Shown in pieces: positions 13,610-28,034 of a stretch of DNA of 64,000 nt. The notes beneath the pieces were generated by a model. The model saw nothing but the letters and a program-made list of their open reading frames with translations. It made no database searches and had not been told where the DNA came from. Source of the DNA: Lama glama. Taxonomy: Eukaryota. Location: the NCBI GenBank assembly GCA_028534125.1, contig CM052816.1:46502001-46566000 (forward strand). Direction: 5' to 3'. Numbering within the stretch: position 1 is the first letter of the stretch; each line of letters begins with the position of its first letter. Made by a program: the position numbers and the translations under genes.

Positions 13610-14150
13610 AACTATGCTTCCCCACCTCATCAGTCTTGGGCTTGGCCCTGTGTCTTGCATTTTTATATTCTCATGCCTAGTACGGTCTTGCTTGGACCAA
13701 CTTAAAGGTTGTGGAAATGATAATGCTAGTTTTAGTGTAGGCTTTAAGGGACCTCATTTATTTCTACCCACTGCTTTAATAGCTTCTGACTTCTGTCATG
13801 AGATGAATATTTTACAGGTAGCTATTGCCTCTCCAGCTTAGGCTCCAGACGAGGGTTAGGACTGGCCTGAGACAAGTAAGTTGCCTAGGGATCAAAATTC
13901 AAGGAGGCACTCACTCTCAGGATCATACGAATGCCATCTCTGTAATTGAATGACTCTGAGAGTTAAGTCCCTCCTTAAATAATGTGCCAAAGGCACCTCT
14001 CTTGCCTCACCCTAGTCTTGCTCCTCCTCCAGAATGCAACCTGTGAAGTAGGCCTGCACTAACTGACCTGCAGATGTGTAGGCAGAATAAATGTTGACTG
14101 TATGTTACTAAAGTTTTCATGGTCATTTGGTTCCCAGCGAGGTGACAATA
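13610..14150 (+). mobile_element. Old MLT1 (MLT1J/K-like) LTR split by a DNA transposon
   Basis: 'ctccagcttaggctccaga' resumes after the insert as 'atgcaacctgtgaagtagg...aactgacctgcagatgtgt...aataaatgtt'. Confidence 0.55.
13850..14025. mobile_element. MER91-like non-autonomous hAT (Tip100) MITE
   Basis: Largely palindromic ('aaggaggcactcactctcag' vs 'ctgagagttaagtccctcctt'); flanked by an 8-bp direct repeat GCTCCAGA (13842-13849) / CCTCCAGA (14026-14033). Confidence 0.75.
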
Positions 14151-14214
14151 TAAACCTTCATAATCAAATTGTGATATTCAGACCCATAACTTCTACATCT
14201 TTATATTCCCACAC

Positions 14215-14604
14215 TGTTATGGACTGAATTGTGTCCCCTCAAAATTCATACGTTGAAGCACTAACCTCCAATGGAGTTTATCTGGAGATAGTACCTCTAA
14301 GGATATAATTAAGGTTACAAGAAACCACAAGTGTGGGGACCTAATCCAATACAACTAGCATCCTTATAGAAGAGACACCAGAGATCTCTCTCTTTCCACC
14401 CACACATAGAGGAAAGGCCATGTGAGGACACTGCGAGAAGGTAGCTATCTACAAGTCAGGAGACGAGGTCCTTACCAGAAACTGGATTTTTTGGTATCTG
14501 ATGTAGAACTTCTTGCCTCAAGATCTAGAACTGTGAGGGAAAAACTTCCGTTGTATAAACTAATCTGTGGTACTTTGTTTTGGAAGCCCTAGCCAACTAA
14601 TACA
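14215..14604 (+). mobile_element. MaLR solo LTR (MLT1A/B-like)
   Basis: Starts 'tgttatggactgaattgtgtcccctcaaaattcatacgttgaag', ends 'tgtggtactttgttttggaagccctagccaactaataca'; TG...CA termini. Confidence 0.9.
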
Positions 14605-17600
14605 TATACCTAGCATGGCAATTAACACATGTTTAAAGTTTGTTATGTAAGTAAGAACTTGCCATCTCTCCTTTCACCATGAAGTATATCCTATCTTTAA
14701 GTAATATTTATAAGGTTCCAAAATCCCTCCTGCAAAAGGAAAGTACCTGCCCACCAGTCCTATAATGAAAACTATATCCCTTAAAGGACTCATTTATATC
14801 TAGGCTTTGAACAGCTATCTTTCTCTGAACCAAACTTCTAAGGATACAACCTATATTTACATTATCTTTCTGTAAACTGTACCACCCTTTATTCCAGCAT
14901 ATTGATCTTTGTAATTTATCTAGTAGATTCAAATATAGCTGTTTAGCCTTCAAGATGTTCTTAAGATTTTAATCATCATCAGGAAAAGGAATACAATTGT
15001 TCAAATGGTAGAGCTGATGAGGTGTAGAGGAAAATGGTTTGGATTAGGAACTCAGTCACCACAGCTAGCATCCTGTCTCTCTTACCTCAGATAAGGCAAT
15101 GAAATTCTATTTGCCATGATTTTCTCAACTGCCAAGGTGAAATACTAAAGATCTGATTCCTGAAGCCACTTCTTGTTCTAAGGTTTTATGACTTTATAAC
15201 TCTTAAGTCCTAGGACATATAGTTAGCTGCCTGATTATCTGATTCATATAACACACTGTCATGTTATTTATTAATGCTTTGGCCTAATCCTAAAGTGTAG
15301 CCATGATTTTTTTTTTTTACTGTAAATATCTGATGTTCATTTAAAATAAATCTACAAATTAAGTGTAATTTTTCTTAGAATTTTTGAACATGAGAAAAAC
15401 GTACATCAGTGCTACATAATTAAGTACCATTTATTTTTTGTACTGTTTAAGCAAGCTACAGATATTCAACTGCCATTGAAATATTTTTGTAAACCATGCA
15501 ACCTTTTACACAAAAGATAATTATGAAATAGCTAACATTCATTTGACCACAACCAATAAATAATTTATGAACTGGGTGTTTGAAATTATGCAAATATTCT
15601 AAATACTTTTTGTTGCCTGTACATCTGAGTAAGTATGATTCAGAAGAAAGTGTGCAATGGATTAATAGATTCAACATTGAAGAGATTTGCATTTCTACAG
15701 TTCTTTTCTTTGCTGGCTTCTACTATCTTTAGTATCATGGCTCAGAAAACAAGCTTGACAATACTGTCTCTAAATGTATTTGAATATCCTGGCATCCCTA
15801 TTCATCAGCCTCTTTGATGCTTTAAATGTCTTTTGCTTTCTTTCCAGAACTCTTTATGAAGGCAGAGAGATATGCTTTTAGTAGAGTATCCAACTATCTT
15901 ATAATACATACTAAATGGAGGAGAAAATGGGTATCTTTAAATATTTGATATATCTGTGATAGCCCATAACAGAGTTCTGTTAAAGCAAGTTACAGAATGG
16001 GCTCATTACTGTGAGCACACTGCATACGAGGTGCCACCCACAAAATCACATCAATGACCAGGCACCGCCAACTTCCTAAACTCCCTTTGTAATATGAAAA
16101 GCTTACTGATACCTGTAAATGAGTGGCCAAACCCTATTAACGCTTTATATATAGAGCTTTTGGTATGCACTAATACTGCATGAAGGAAATGTATTTGATT
16201 TTGGCTAATAATCAAGTGTTAAGAAGATTTTATCACATATAATAGTGTATCATCCAAAAATATTTCTTAGAAACTACTAAGAAGTCTGGAGGTCATTTAT
16301 TTTCATTTCTTTCTACACCCCAGGGTGGAGAGTGGGTGGCAGATCTGTTCTTAAATATATTTAGAAGTCTTCAATTCTATGACTTCAGTCAATATTACCA
16401 TACTAAGAAAGACACAGTATTTTTATTGCTAGTAAATGTACTATTGTTTCACCCAACAGCTTTCTTTTCCCAAATGCCCCTTTGGTCTCTGACCAAATTT
16501 CATCACACAAGGTATACACGTATTAATCGAATGGTTATCTTCCATTGTTTTGTAAATTCAATGAGTATGTAAAAAATAAGAGGAAATTGCACAGTTATGG
16601 ATTGGCATAGATACTCGAGTATTGCTTATTCTGAAAAGCCTTTTTCCTGTAATACACAATTGCTTAAGAGCTACCTAACATTTTGCTTGTATCCAAAAAA
16701 GAAATTTCACATCATGTAAGTTTACATCTTCACTAATTCTGACACTTATTTTCTCTGAAAGAAACAATTTTACTTAATCCTACTCAGTCTTTCATAATCA
16801 CAAAAGTTCCTAAAGCAAACATTAAGTTTAACTATTAATCCAAACACAGGATTTTCTTTAGCATCTCATTACTACCGCCCTGTTTACATCCTCACACATC
16901 TTCATCGCAATCCAATCAACATATACCGTCTTTTTAAGTGTTTATTTTTGTTTTCTACTCTACACCCAGACCCACAAAGTGATGATTGGAACAAAGAACT
17001 CACTTTCCTTGGCACTTGTATGAATAAAACTTGCTTATTTTATTTTTATTTAAATATGCTGTCTTTTGTGCCGTGGTTACACAGCACAGAATCCCCTAGC
17101 CTAGCTACCCCACTCTCCCAAAAAGGGAAGGTGGCAATGTTTTCTTAAGTTGTCCATAAATAGTGAAGAACATATCAAAAGCTAGGCACCCTGGGGACTG
17201 CTTACTCTGGTCTACATAGAATTCAGATGAGTTAACTTTAAAACATTCCTTTTCATTTAAGCACTCCGTTAAAACAGCATAAAGGATAGAGCACTATATA
17301 AGCTGCTTACAATTTCTACAGCACATTTTATCAGGAAAGCTATCTATCCCAGATTTTTTTCTCTTCAGAAAAATTTTAATGATCCGAGGTCACACCTCTT
17401 AAAAAGAATGAGGTCTAGTTTTACATAAGAAGGTCCAACTTGTAGGGTTTTATTTTCTTTTCATGCTCAGACCTCACAAACCGAGGACCACAATCTTCAA
17501 ATAGCATTCCTTGTTAAAACTGAACTCGGAAAAGAAGGTTATTCTACCTCAGAATTTTAAATAAAGCTTCTACAACAAAGTTCAGTGTACCAAAGCTTCA

Positions 17601-17719
17601 AATAAATCTGAATTAAAGCAGCACTCCAACACTGAAGTGTTCAAATCAGCCTGCTAATCCCCTTACTCTTGAAACATGGCCTAGAGCTTTGGTGCAGAGC
17701 AGTGAGGACCTGAGATTGT

Positions 17720-17903
17720 GTTGCAAAGCGGGGCCTCAGAACACCTGCATCACAATCGCCCGCAGTGCTTACTGAAGACAGGTTCCTGGGTCCTTCCACC
17801 TCCAGCTAAATCAGAATCCCTGCATGCGTGCCGGCCCCAAACCCACATCCCTGCCACATTCCCCAGGTAATTCTCATACACACTACAGTTTGAGAGCCAC
17901 TGC
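17720..17903. mobile_element. MER5A/B-like hAT-Charlie MITE
   Basis: 'aaatcagaatccctgcatg...ccccaggtaattctcatacacactacagtttgagagccactg' is the typical MER5 end. Confidence 0.8.
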
Positions 17904-20589
17904 TGGGGATCCATCATTGTTGCCAAAGAAGTCCAGCTGGTATCTTAACCTGTTAAATTCTTTAATTTCATGAGACTTGGTGCTTTTAAATTGAACCTCA
18001 CTGCCACCACTTTGAGGCCTGGATTATGCTAGGAAGATTAAGGTCCCTCCGGATATTCAGAACTTTTGTCTCCCTGCTGTCAGCAACCAAGGAAGCTGGC
18101 AAACATTGGTCCCTCACAGTAACATTTAGTGCCGGTCAACACACCGTATGGGCTAACATCTGAGCCCAGAAATAGGAAAGGCAAGTATAAATAGATTTGA
18201 ATTGGGGTTGGACGAGGATTTGGCAGGCAAAAAATGACTGTGTGTTGATGGGGTGGGAACGGAGAGCTGCCAATTCAGGGATCCGTGGTCGAGGAGCTTC
18301 CTGACCCCCATCCACCCCAGAAGTTCCTGTGAGCTCTCTGGACTGAGCGCCTCTGGCTATAATTAGGGGGGTGCAGCTTTCCCTGGCTTCTTCCATATGC
18401 ATGTTAGTTGTGTTTGGCATGCAGCAGCAGTGTTTGAAGAGTGTCTGGCCCCCACCAGCATTTAGTTGAGCCAGTCAGTGGAAAAAATGACAATGGTATC
18501 TGGCACAGAATTCAGGTGTTAAAATACCTTTATTAAAATAGAGGAAATAGCACCTATTAGGAAATGACCCCGAGCTACCAAATTTTATTAGACGGGAGGA
18601 GGTGCTCTCCCCACCCCAACCTTTAAAGCATACTGTAAATTCCCTTATGTCTTTCATGGTATTTAACTACAGAAATGGGTGCATTCAGTAATTTCAGATT
18701 TTCAGCACTGTATTTATTGCAACTCATTTGGTATAGGATCGGGGAACACCGAGCTGAGGCTTGCCATGTTTCAGTAAAACTTTTTGTACATATTTAGCTA
18801 AAGAAGAAAATTTGATGGGGTAGGAGAGAGAGTCAACACTCTTGGCAATTTCCCATTAGCAGTGCAGGAGGTAAGAGTCAAAAATAAAGCCTGTGGGATA
18901 AAACTGAATGTGGCATTCAAGTTTAACAGAAATGCCATTTCTCTGTTTCATCCTGAGGTGGGAGAGGAAACTTGACAGAAGTGAGTGAAACCTCACTCCA
19001 TAATATTCATCTGAACCAATCCTGATGTCAGCAGTGAGTACACTAAGCTGTAGATGAAGTGGGCCATGTCCGCCCTCCACAACTCTACAAAACCGCTTTA
19101 AAGTCAGCACGAGGTGCCGGCTCTCCTCTCTCTCAATGAAAAGCATACTTCTTGATTAAAAATGTATGTTTCTACTTTATTCCAAAACAAGAGAACATTA
19201 TTTTCAGGATAATCATAGAAACCAAGTTAAATGTGTTTCTTATTTCACAAGATAAAAAAGCATCACAACTCAGTAAAGAAACATTTCAGTGCTGGAGGTT
19301 GGTTTAATGTAGCACTACTATGCACGTAATTTATTTTGAAACACAGTGATGTATGAAAATCTTCAGTATTTTTGACAGAATTAGATTACGCATCCACCCC
19401 CCTCTCTGCTTTAAAGGAAGAAAACCTTGACTTAGCCTGCCAATGTTATGGATAATATCTGTGTGCTTCTGCATTGTAATACCCCTCCTGTTACATCCAT
19501 TTTCAGAGATAGTAATTCCTGGGATAATTTCATTCACAAAGGGTTCCCACAGGAGTAAGGTGGATGGTCAGGAAAAGGTATTGAAGACAACTTGTAGCTC
19601 TGTTGGACAACTTCTCGAGTCAGTTTGCTTCTTCCTTATCATTCAGAAGACTCGGGAAAGTGTGAATGTGATGGGAGGGAGAATATGCAGGGGAGAAAGA
19701 GTGTAGAGGGGGTTCAGGCACCTCGTTTCCCAGAGGGTGAGCTACTTTACAGGTCAGTCAGGCGCAGTGGAAATGTCTATACTCACAGGGAGGCTCATTC
19801 TAGATTTCGGAAGAAAGCGACTTATTGTCTGTCCCTAGAAACTAGGTTACTGATAACACTTTTCCACCCCTTGCCTTCTCTTCTTAAAATGAAGCAGAGA
19901 TTACAGGTGAATGATGTTGTGTGCAAAATAAAGGGAAATATGAGGAGAAACTAAGGAACCATAAATGAAGAAGATTTATCTTCTACAATAGAGTGGAGCA
20001 GCTCCTATATTTTATTTTGGCCACTAGTTTACTTTAGAACAATATTTAAAATGACTAACAGTTTGAGATTCTTGGCCTTGAGAATACTTTTCAGCATAAA
20101 TTCATCTATAACCACAAATATGACCATATTCCTTTAGATGTTTTCTCTTCCAGATATCTTACATTTTTTAATCAATTCACACAATTAGAAATGTATTAAT
20201 CCGTCATTCTGCAAACCAGAAGTCTCTATTAGCTGACATTTCTTGCTTTTACCAGTTTGGTTGACCTAGACCCAAAAGGTATTTCTTGAATCATTAAGGT
20301 TTTACTTTGTTTAATTTAGGTTTAGCATTAAAATACATGTCATAGCAGGAAAAGTTCTTGGAAATTATTAACCTACAAGTAATATTCAGAATAAATATTT
20401 ATTAGTCAGAATACTTGATTCAACAGCATAATGCATAGCACAGCCATTCCAGACAATACATTTTTCTGTAATAATGCACTAAAAAGACAGATGGAAATAT
20501 TAGAATGTGTAAGAATTTTAATATTCAAAAATAGCTAAATTATAAAATTATTTGCAGAACCATTAATACATAAAACCCTTATACAAGTG

Positions 20590-20812
20590 AGGAGATGGGT
20601 GAGAGAAGGAGCAAGACAGGGGAAGGGGATTAATAGGTACAAACTACTAGGTATAAAATTAATAAGATACAATAAGGTTAACTATAGAATAAGGAATATA
20701 ACCAATATTTTATAATAACTTTAAGTGGATTATAAGCTGTAAAAATATTAAATCACTATGTTGTACCCTTGAAACTAACACTGTGAATCAACTATATTTC
20801 AATTTTAAAAAT
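20590..20812 (+). mobile_element. L1 3' UTR fragment
   Basis: 'aggtacaaactactaggtataaaattaataag...aaatcactatgttgtacccttgaaactaacactgtgaatcaactatatttcaattttaaaaa' is an L1 terminus. Confidence 0.8.
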
Positions 20813-23800
20813 GTGTAAAACCTTAGAAAAATGGAATAGTTTAATTCATTTATTTAGTATCTACTGTGTACCTTGAAATATATCAAGTATTAAAGAGTAT
20901 CCAAACAACACATGATATTCATTGTTTCCTTCCTCAAGAAATTTACAACAAAGATCAGATTTTCACATGAAGGACTAGAGAAAAACATACTGTGGAATAT
21001 ATACTTAAGGAACAGAACATGGCACCCAAGCAATACAGACAATCAGAGATCAACAGATAGAAACATAATAATAATGTTATTATTTCAAAACTAGCAGCAT
21101 TATTATTTTCAAATCAACAATACCTGTAAATTGTGGTAACTCACAAATGACATCCACACATAGGCATGCCATGCCAATACGTTTTAAAACTTTATACAGC
21201 TCACTCAGTTCACTTTCAGCACAGAACTGTAAGGCTTATGGCATTATACATAAATGGTCTTCGAAGTTTCACATCCTGAAAAATCATAGATATAAAAGCC
21301 TTACACTTCCTCAACAGAACAGCCAACCTATTTCTCAGATGGAAAATTGTTAGACTATTGGTTTGCAGTATGTCTGGAACTGGTGCTGCGCTACCACTAC
21401 TACTACCCAGGCATAATTGGCACTGCTTGTTCTTTAGTTATTGTTGCAGCTGCTAGGGGTCTTTTAATAGGTTATTTAGAAAAAAGAAAAGAGGACAATT
21501 GACCCTGGGTGGTTCTCAAATGGTGCTATTACTGGTTTGTTTTCATAGATTGGCAGTAGTCTACAACAGGCAATGTTCAAGAAATAAAATTACAGTTGTA
21601 TTAACAGCTTCAAATTAGGGGTATTTTTTCAAGTCATTGTGTGGGGTTTTAGTGGTGCAAGAATGAGTGGTTTTAACTGGGCTTCTTCCTTAGAAGGCTA
21701 GAGGGAAACTCTACAGCCCAACAACAGAAGGCAGGGGGAACCAGGACAAGAGCTACATTATCACTTTATGAAATTGCTGGTCAGGATCTGGCAAAACATT
21801 TTCATGATTTATTCAAAGAGTTAAAACGCTGGGACCTGGTCCTTTGCAGTAGAACATATTATAAAGTTGACAGATCCCATTTGGGGGGAAAATCTTCAGA
21901 AGCTGAATTGCCCCTGGTTCCTGCACAGTAAAATGATCTTCTGAAAAGCTGACTAGCATATTTTGGCTGTGAGCACCAGAAAATACCACAAACAAAATAT
22001 TTGTATAGCTTATAAAACACTCAAGCTGAATATTAAAAGCATCTGTTTTCAAGGAATATAATTATAAAGCACTTGAAGTGAATCAAGAGGCAGGATTCAC
22101 AAAACATTAAATATGTCATAAACAAGCCAATTTGACTCATCCAAATACTATGGGTAATAGATGGACTGCTGATTTATAAACGAATATTTTCATTGAAGAT
22201 TCTGACATCAGAAATCATGACAGCAAGGGTCAAATGCTTCCTAATGTCATTCTGAGATGAATCATTCTAGGCCATTTACTAAATCAGTTCGATATTCTTT
22301 CTTTAAGAAACATGTGGACAAGGATAGCCTTACTATTTTACCTTTTGAGAAACATGTAATCTGGCCAATTTATGCAGGCAAGACCACTCTGACAAAGTAT
22401 GTGTTGAGGGTGAACATTATAATGAATTATACACTCATGAACTGTGGCCACACTTTATCTGTAAAAGGGCATCAGCTGCCATTCAGAAGTGTAAAATTCA
22501 AATGTGCTAAAATGCAAAATATTCCATTTGTTTTTTATTTGGGCATATCAAAAACAAGAAACTTCACTGTGGACATTCTGAAGTCAAATGTAATTCATAA
22601 TGGTACCGCTGTTCTGTGAAAAGAGAGCAGACAGAATCCACTTTCTAAGATTAAATTGAAACTTCCTTCCCCAAATGTTAAGCTAAAATTATGGGCAAAA
22701 TTATTTTCTCACATTTGCATCATAGGACTTAAGCCTGTTATTCTTTCCTCCTACAAGACAGGCTTCTAGGAGTCTTACATACTTATCAAGAGCAAAAAAC
22801 AAGATTTGACACCTGCAATATACATCCTTGTGAATTTTGTCCCAAATCAATATAAAAGCTTTATTTATTGTGCTCCTTAGGTCTCGGAAAAGAGTTTTTC
22901 TTTTTACAGTCTCCAAAATTGTATGAATTATCAGAAAGATAGCCTCTGAAAGCATTAATCCTCGGGGAATATGTCAAGTAAGATCACTTAATCCCACACA
23001 TACATGTATAAACTTTGTACAATTTACAGGGGGAAAAAAGCAGAGGAGGAAGATAAAGAGGGAAAGATGATAAAAAAAAAAATAAAATACTGTGGAAAGA
23101 AGAGGTCACTAGTTATAAAAACTGGATGTTTCCAAAAGCAATAGGATGCTGAGGTTAGCATATCCAGATGTACTCAGAAAGTTCACAGGGAGTAGCTGCT
23201 AAAATTGTAAGACTCTGAAACAAGTACTGAAGTTTTATGTTCTCTTTTATAAAACTCTCATTCTCCTTTTTTTTTTTTTTTGCTCATTTAGTGTTCTTTA
23301 TTTGGCTGCTGATTGGAGTATTCGACCCTGACAGTTCTCTTCACAGACCTAATGGTAAGCCTGAGAACTTTTAGCAAGCCACACTGGACCAGCCTGGGGA
23401 CCCAATGACATCTTTGAACTCTGTCTCTTTCCTCAAGTTGATTAGAGATTTCATCCTGACTGCCAAAGGGAATGGGAACCTTTAATGAGAAATGGTGTTT
23501 CGTGCAGGAGCCATTGATAAAGAGAGGAGAGGGACTCTACAAATTAGAGGTTAGCTTGGCTGAAAAATAGGGCTGAAAAATCACTTTAAAGAACTGCACC
23601 ATTATAAATCACCATATAATTAGGCATGTGATACATAAAATGAGCATAAAGCATATGGAGAACAATCTTTGCAGATATTGTTAATATGAATCTTAAATGC
23701 CACCATAAATGTTTTGCTACCTCAAATTCATAGTGCTGTAAGTGTTTAAATCAGTGAAAATTGCACCATTTGAAAAGGGAAAATATATATTACCATATCT

Positions 23801-25599
23801 TGTGATCTGATGTTCTTTTTACCAAAAGAATACTTTCTTGGTTTTGATATGCAAGGTTTCCAGAAAAAAAAATGTATTTCAATTGTTGCCACTTTACTTG
23901 TACTATTTTCTGGATTTTATTAATATATAGAATAACTGAAAATGATTTTTTTTAAGAAAAAAGTGCAAATTGTTTCTTTAAAGCACTATCCTCTGAATTC
24001 TAGTATGTATGCCATTAAACATCAACTCATCTTGTTTCAATTGTATTCTTTACTTCTGGAAAATAGCAAGCATAAAATTAAAAATCTGAACTAGAGATCC
24101 AGAAGATTCAACTAATATGGTGAATATTATTTTGAAAATTAATTAATAAATTATCAATGGGAATAGTGGTTAAATTCAATTAAATTTTTCAGTAAAGGGG
24201 ATCCATTAAATTATTCTATAGTTCTCCAATAAGTTAATATAAACTTTTCTGATGTCTCTTGAATATAACTAGATAAATTTTCTGTATAGCTTGTGGTATT
24301 TAAGTCACATTCACAATTATCAAAGAGATTATCAAATCACTCAAGGGAGAAAAGCATGCCTGGGTTCTAAAGCTCTCTTTTAATGGTTGCTAATACATCA
24401 GATGAACTTAGGACCACATTATTTTTATCTGTCAGTATTTCAGTGCTTTGATCGATTCAGGAAAACAAAGTTCAAAGTTTCACATAAGCTCAAGCATAGA
24501 TTATATGGCCTGACAACATAACAAACCCTGCAGGAAACTGTTGGAAGACAGCATGACTTTTTCTCACCTGGGCCATTATTCTAGCTAATTGATTACCCCC
24601 ACCACTGCATGGAAGGTAAATTTGTACTGTGATCTCTACCAGTGCCCTGTTTCTTTCTTTTTCCCTTTCCCCATGTTTTCACAATTCAACGTAAAGCACC
24701 ACTGAGACTCTTCTCTTTACCTTTCTTACAAGTTGTCTCTTCTTTGTTCAGAAAGCACAGATATGCTCTTCAAAATACTAGATGTTAACTGTAGTTACTC
24801 ATTCAGGCTGAGTATTTTTAAGACAAGGAAACTGATACTTTTTAAAAAGTTCTCTATTTTAATCCAATCCATCTCCAGTGCTACAAAATGCAATAGAAAA
24901 ATGTTTGTTTTAAATATTTAGCAGTTACCAACTGAACTAAAAATTAAGGATCAGAAATATAAGATATGGACTTGACAGCATATTGAACCAACATAATTTT
25001 AACTTTTAATGATAGTTCAGTGTGGGAGTTCCACATAAACATAACGCAACAGTTCTCAACAATTCATATGCCTGATCCCATTCACGCTGACTTATCAGCA
25101 TTTAGCTCAAGATTCTTTGGGGTGTTTGTAACCTAACATATAAGCCATCTCTCTTTCAACTTTGCATCATATGCAAATTTCACCAGCATTACATCAACAT
25201 TTTTTTTATATGAAAGGGAGAGAAAATGGCTTGTGTGCGCGTATTTATACTCTCATATGTACACGTTCTTCTTGAGAACCACCATTTCTTTAAAGTATTT
25301 CTGAGCCAATTTTTAGGGATGAAGGGAAAGTTTTTATTTTCCTTCTTTTGTTTTACAAAAATTTAACCTTTGTTATTATAAGAGAGAATAACTGATAATC
25401 TTCAAAAAAAACATCGGAATGAGAGCTTCCCCTTCAGAACTGCCATATGCTATCCCACTCAGGGTGCCCTTGCTTTACTTTGTTTCTTTGTTTCTTTGCT
25501 TGTGTATTTGATTTTGGACCTGAGGTACAGAGTCAGATTAACCATAACAGTTGGTTCATAATGCACTATCATTTATTTATGCATGGCCCTCCTAAATGT

Positions 25600-26160
25600 T
25601 GTTGTTTATTGTATATTTATTTATTATAAAATGAAACCTGTGAAATCTCTCTTCAATTCAAGAAAATATCAGCATATACTTACATCTGTTAGGTTGCTCA
25701 CTCTCCTCTCCAGCCCCAACCTATCCTTTCCTCAGAAAACACCCTATTCCTGAATTGGGTCTCTTCATCCCCCTGCTTTATCACACCTGGATGTTTGCCT
25801 GAACAATAGACAGTTCCCTTTCAATTGTCTTTAACTTTATAGCAGGCATCTTACTGCCTGCATCTTCAGAGACTTGTTTTTTCACTCAAGATTTTGTTAA
25901 CATTTCTATGTTATTATATGCAGATGCAGATCAAAATACTATTTACTGTTATAAAATATCCTATTTTGTGATTATACCATAAATTTTTACTTATTCTTCT
26001 AGTAATGGTTATTTGAAGTGTTGGGTTTTTGTTGGTTTTTTTTTTTTTTTGCTTTCAAGACAAACTTTACTGTGAAAATTCAAGCACATATGGAAGTTGA
26101 ATATTTGGGTCACAAGATATTAAATCTTTCAAGAAAAGGGCAAATTGTTTTCTAACTTAC
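25600..26160 (-). mobile_element. Old L1 (L1ME-like) fragment
   Basis: 'gacttgttttttcactcaagattttgttaacattt...attataccataaatttt...cttctagtaatggttatttgaagtgtt' resembles a reverse L1ME 3' region. Confidence 0.6.
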
Positions 26161-26459
26161 TGAAACCTATTTTTTTTCATTACCTTTATACCTGGTATGT
26201 AGTTTAATATTAAACAAAAACTTGAATAGATAACATATGGATATGTAAATTTAATAAATAGTAAAATTTTCAAACTATGTAAGAGGATATACAATGAAAT
26301 TTAAACCCCACCATTCCTGTCCCTTAGTCCTCCACGTTCCCTCTCCAGAAACAAGCTTTGCTACAATCTTAGACTAGTCTTTTAAAGTCTTTAATGTCAA
26401 CAAATCATTGTTTAAGTATGAGTGTAATTTTTGAAGTATCCAAGAAATATTTAGGGCCA

Positions 26460-27545
26460 TTTTAAGTAGTGTTGGCATGAGGATATAAAAATAGATTAAA
26501 CAGAAAAGAGTCCAAAAGTAGACACAGTTTTATAAAAGATAACTGAATTTTTTAAAAAGGTACCAAAGCAACCCAATGGGAAAAAGGAGTCTTTTCAATA
26601 AACGATAGAACTTGATATTCATATGGGAAAAAAAATGAGCTTTGACTCCTACCTCACACCATACATAAAATTATTTTGAAATGGATCACAAATTAAATGA
26701 GAAAGCTAAAATTACAAAGCTTTTAAAAGTAAACATAGGAGAGTATCTTTGTGACCTGAGTGGTAGAAAAAGATTTCTTTGAAATGACACAAAAAGCAGT
26801 AACAATAAAAGACAAAGAAATTCATAAATCAGACTTCATCAAAATTAAAAACATGTGCTTATCAAAAGATGTCATTAAGAAAATGAATAAGCAACCACAA
26901 TTGGGAGAAAATATTTCCAAAAAATATGTATCTGACAAAGGATTTGCATCCAGAACATACAAAAAGCTCTCTACAACAACTTAATAATTAAAAGACAAAC
27001 AACCCAACTTTACCATGTAAGCAAAAGACTTGAACAAGCACTTAACAAAGGAAGATATATAAATGACCAATATACACAAGAAAAAGTGTGTATATTGCAG
27101 GGAAATGCAAATTAAAAGCACAACTACACATCCTTCTAACAGCTAAAATTAATGATGTTGTAGAGGTGGAGAAACTCTCACTATATACTGATAACGGGTA
27201 GGTAAAACTGTACAACCACTTTGGAAAATTGTTTGACAGCTTCTTATAAAATTAAGTATCTACCCTTGGGTCCAGCAATTCTATTGGTAGATATTTATCT
27301 AAGATGAATGAGAACATATGTCAACAAAAATACTTGTAGAAAAGTGTAACCAAAGCTGGAAACATCTCAAATGTCTAACATGAAAATGGATAAACACACT
27401 GTGGTACATTTTATATAAAGGAGCACCACTCAGCAATAAAAACCAATTCTGACACCCACAACAACATGAATGAATCTTGAAACATGAATGAGACAAAAAA
27501 GCCAGATACAAAAGAGCAGACTATATGATTCCATTTATATACTAA
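26460..27545 (+). mobile_element. Old L1 (L1MC/MD/ME-like) ORF2 C-terminus and 3' UTR fossil
   Basis: ORF 26760-26984 (KDFFEMTQKAVTIKDKEIHKSDFIKIKNMCLSKDVIKKM) resembles the L1 ORF2 C-terminus; also 'cctacctcacaccatacataaa' and 'gggaaatgcaaattaaaagcacaa'. Confidence 0.88.
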
Positions 27546-28034
27546 AACAGAATGGGAAGGTAATTCCCCATTGCTGGAGGTAATCAAGAGTAATCAAGGT
27601 GACCACTTGCTAGGGGCAACATAAGCTACATTAGTCCAGATGGCCCTAAAGAATCTCTCTAACACTGACCTCCATTCATGTTTGTTTGGAAGTACTTTAG
27701 CTTCCTAAACTTCAAAACATAGTTCTAAATTTTAAATGTTAGCAGAGCAATGTATATAATTGGCCTGGTAGTAATTATCACTGCTATCCTGACACTGTAC
27801 CTAATATATTGTTTGGAAAAAGCAGGATGCTGTTTTATGAGAAAAGGCAGGTAAGGATTAAGGGCCACTGCCTAATAAACATGGTAGCTTATATCTTATA
27901 ATAGAAATACTGACACACTCTTTAGTTGGAGGTCAAATCAAATCTTAGTATGGGCTGAGAAGTAGGAGCATAATGCTGCCTAGAACCTGCCAGGGAGAAC
28001 AAATTTGTCTGGCTTAGTAAACAACAGTTGGAAT

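Noticed and set aside
22257..22619. 120-aa ATG ORF in unique sequence
   Set aside because: No recognisable homology or supporting splice/promoter context; a length expected occasionally by chance
26760..26984. ORF with protein-like sequence
   Set aside because: Fragment of a decayed L1 ORF2, not a host gene; the same applies to the ORFs at 38995-39568
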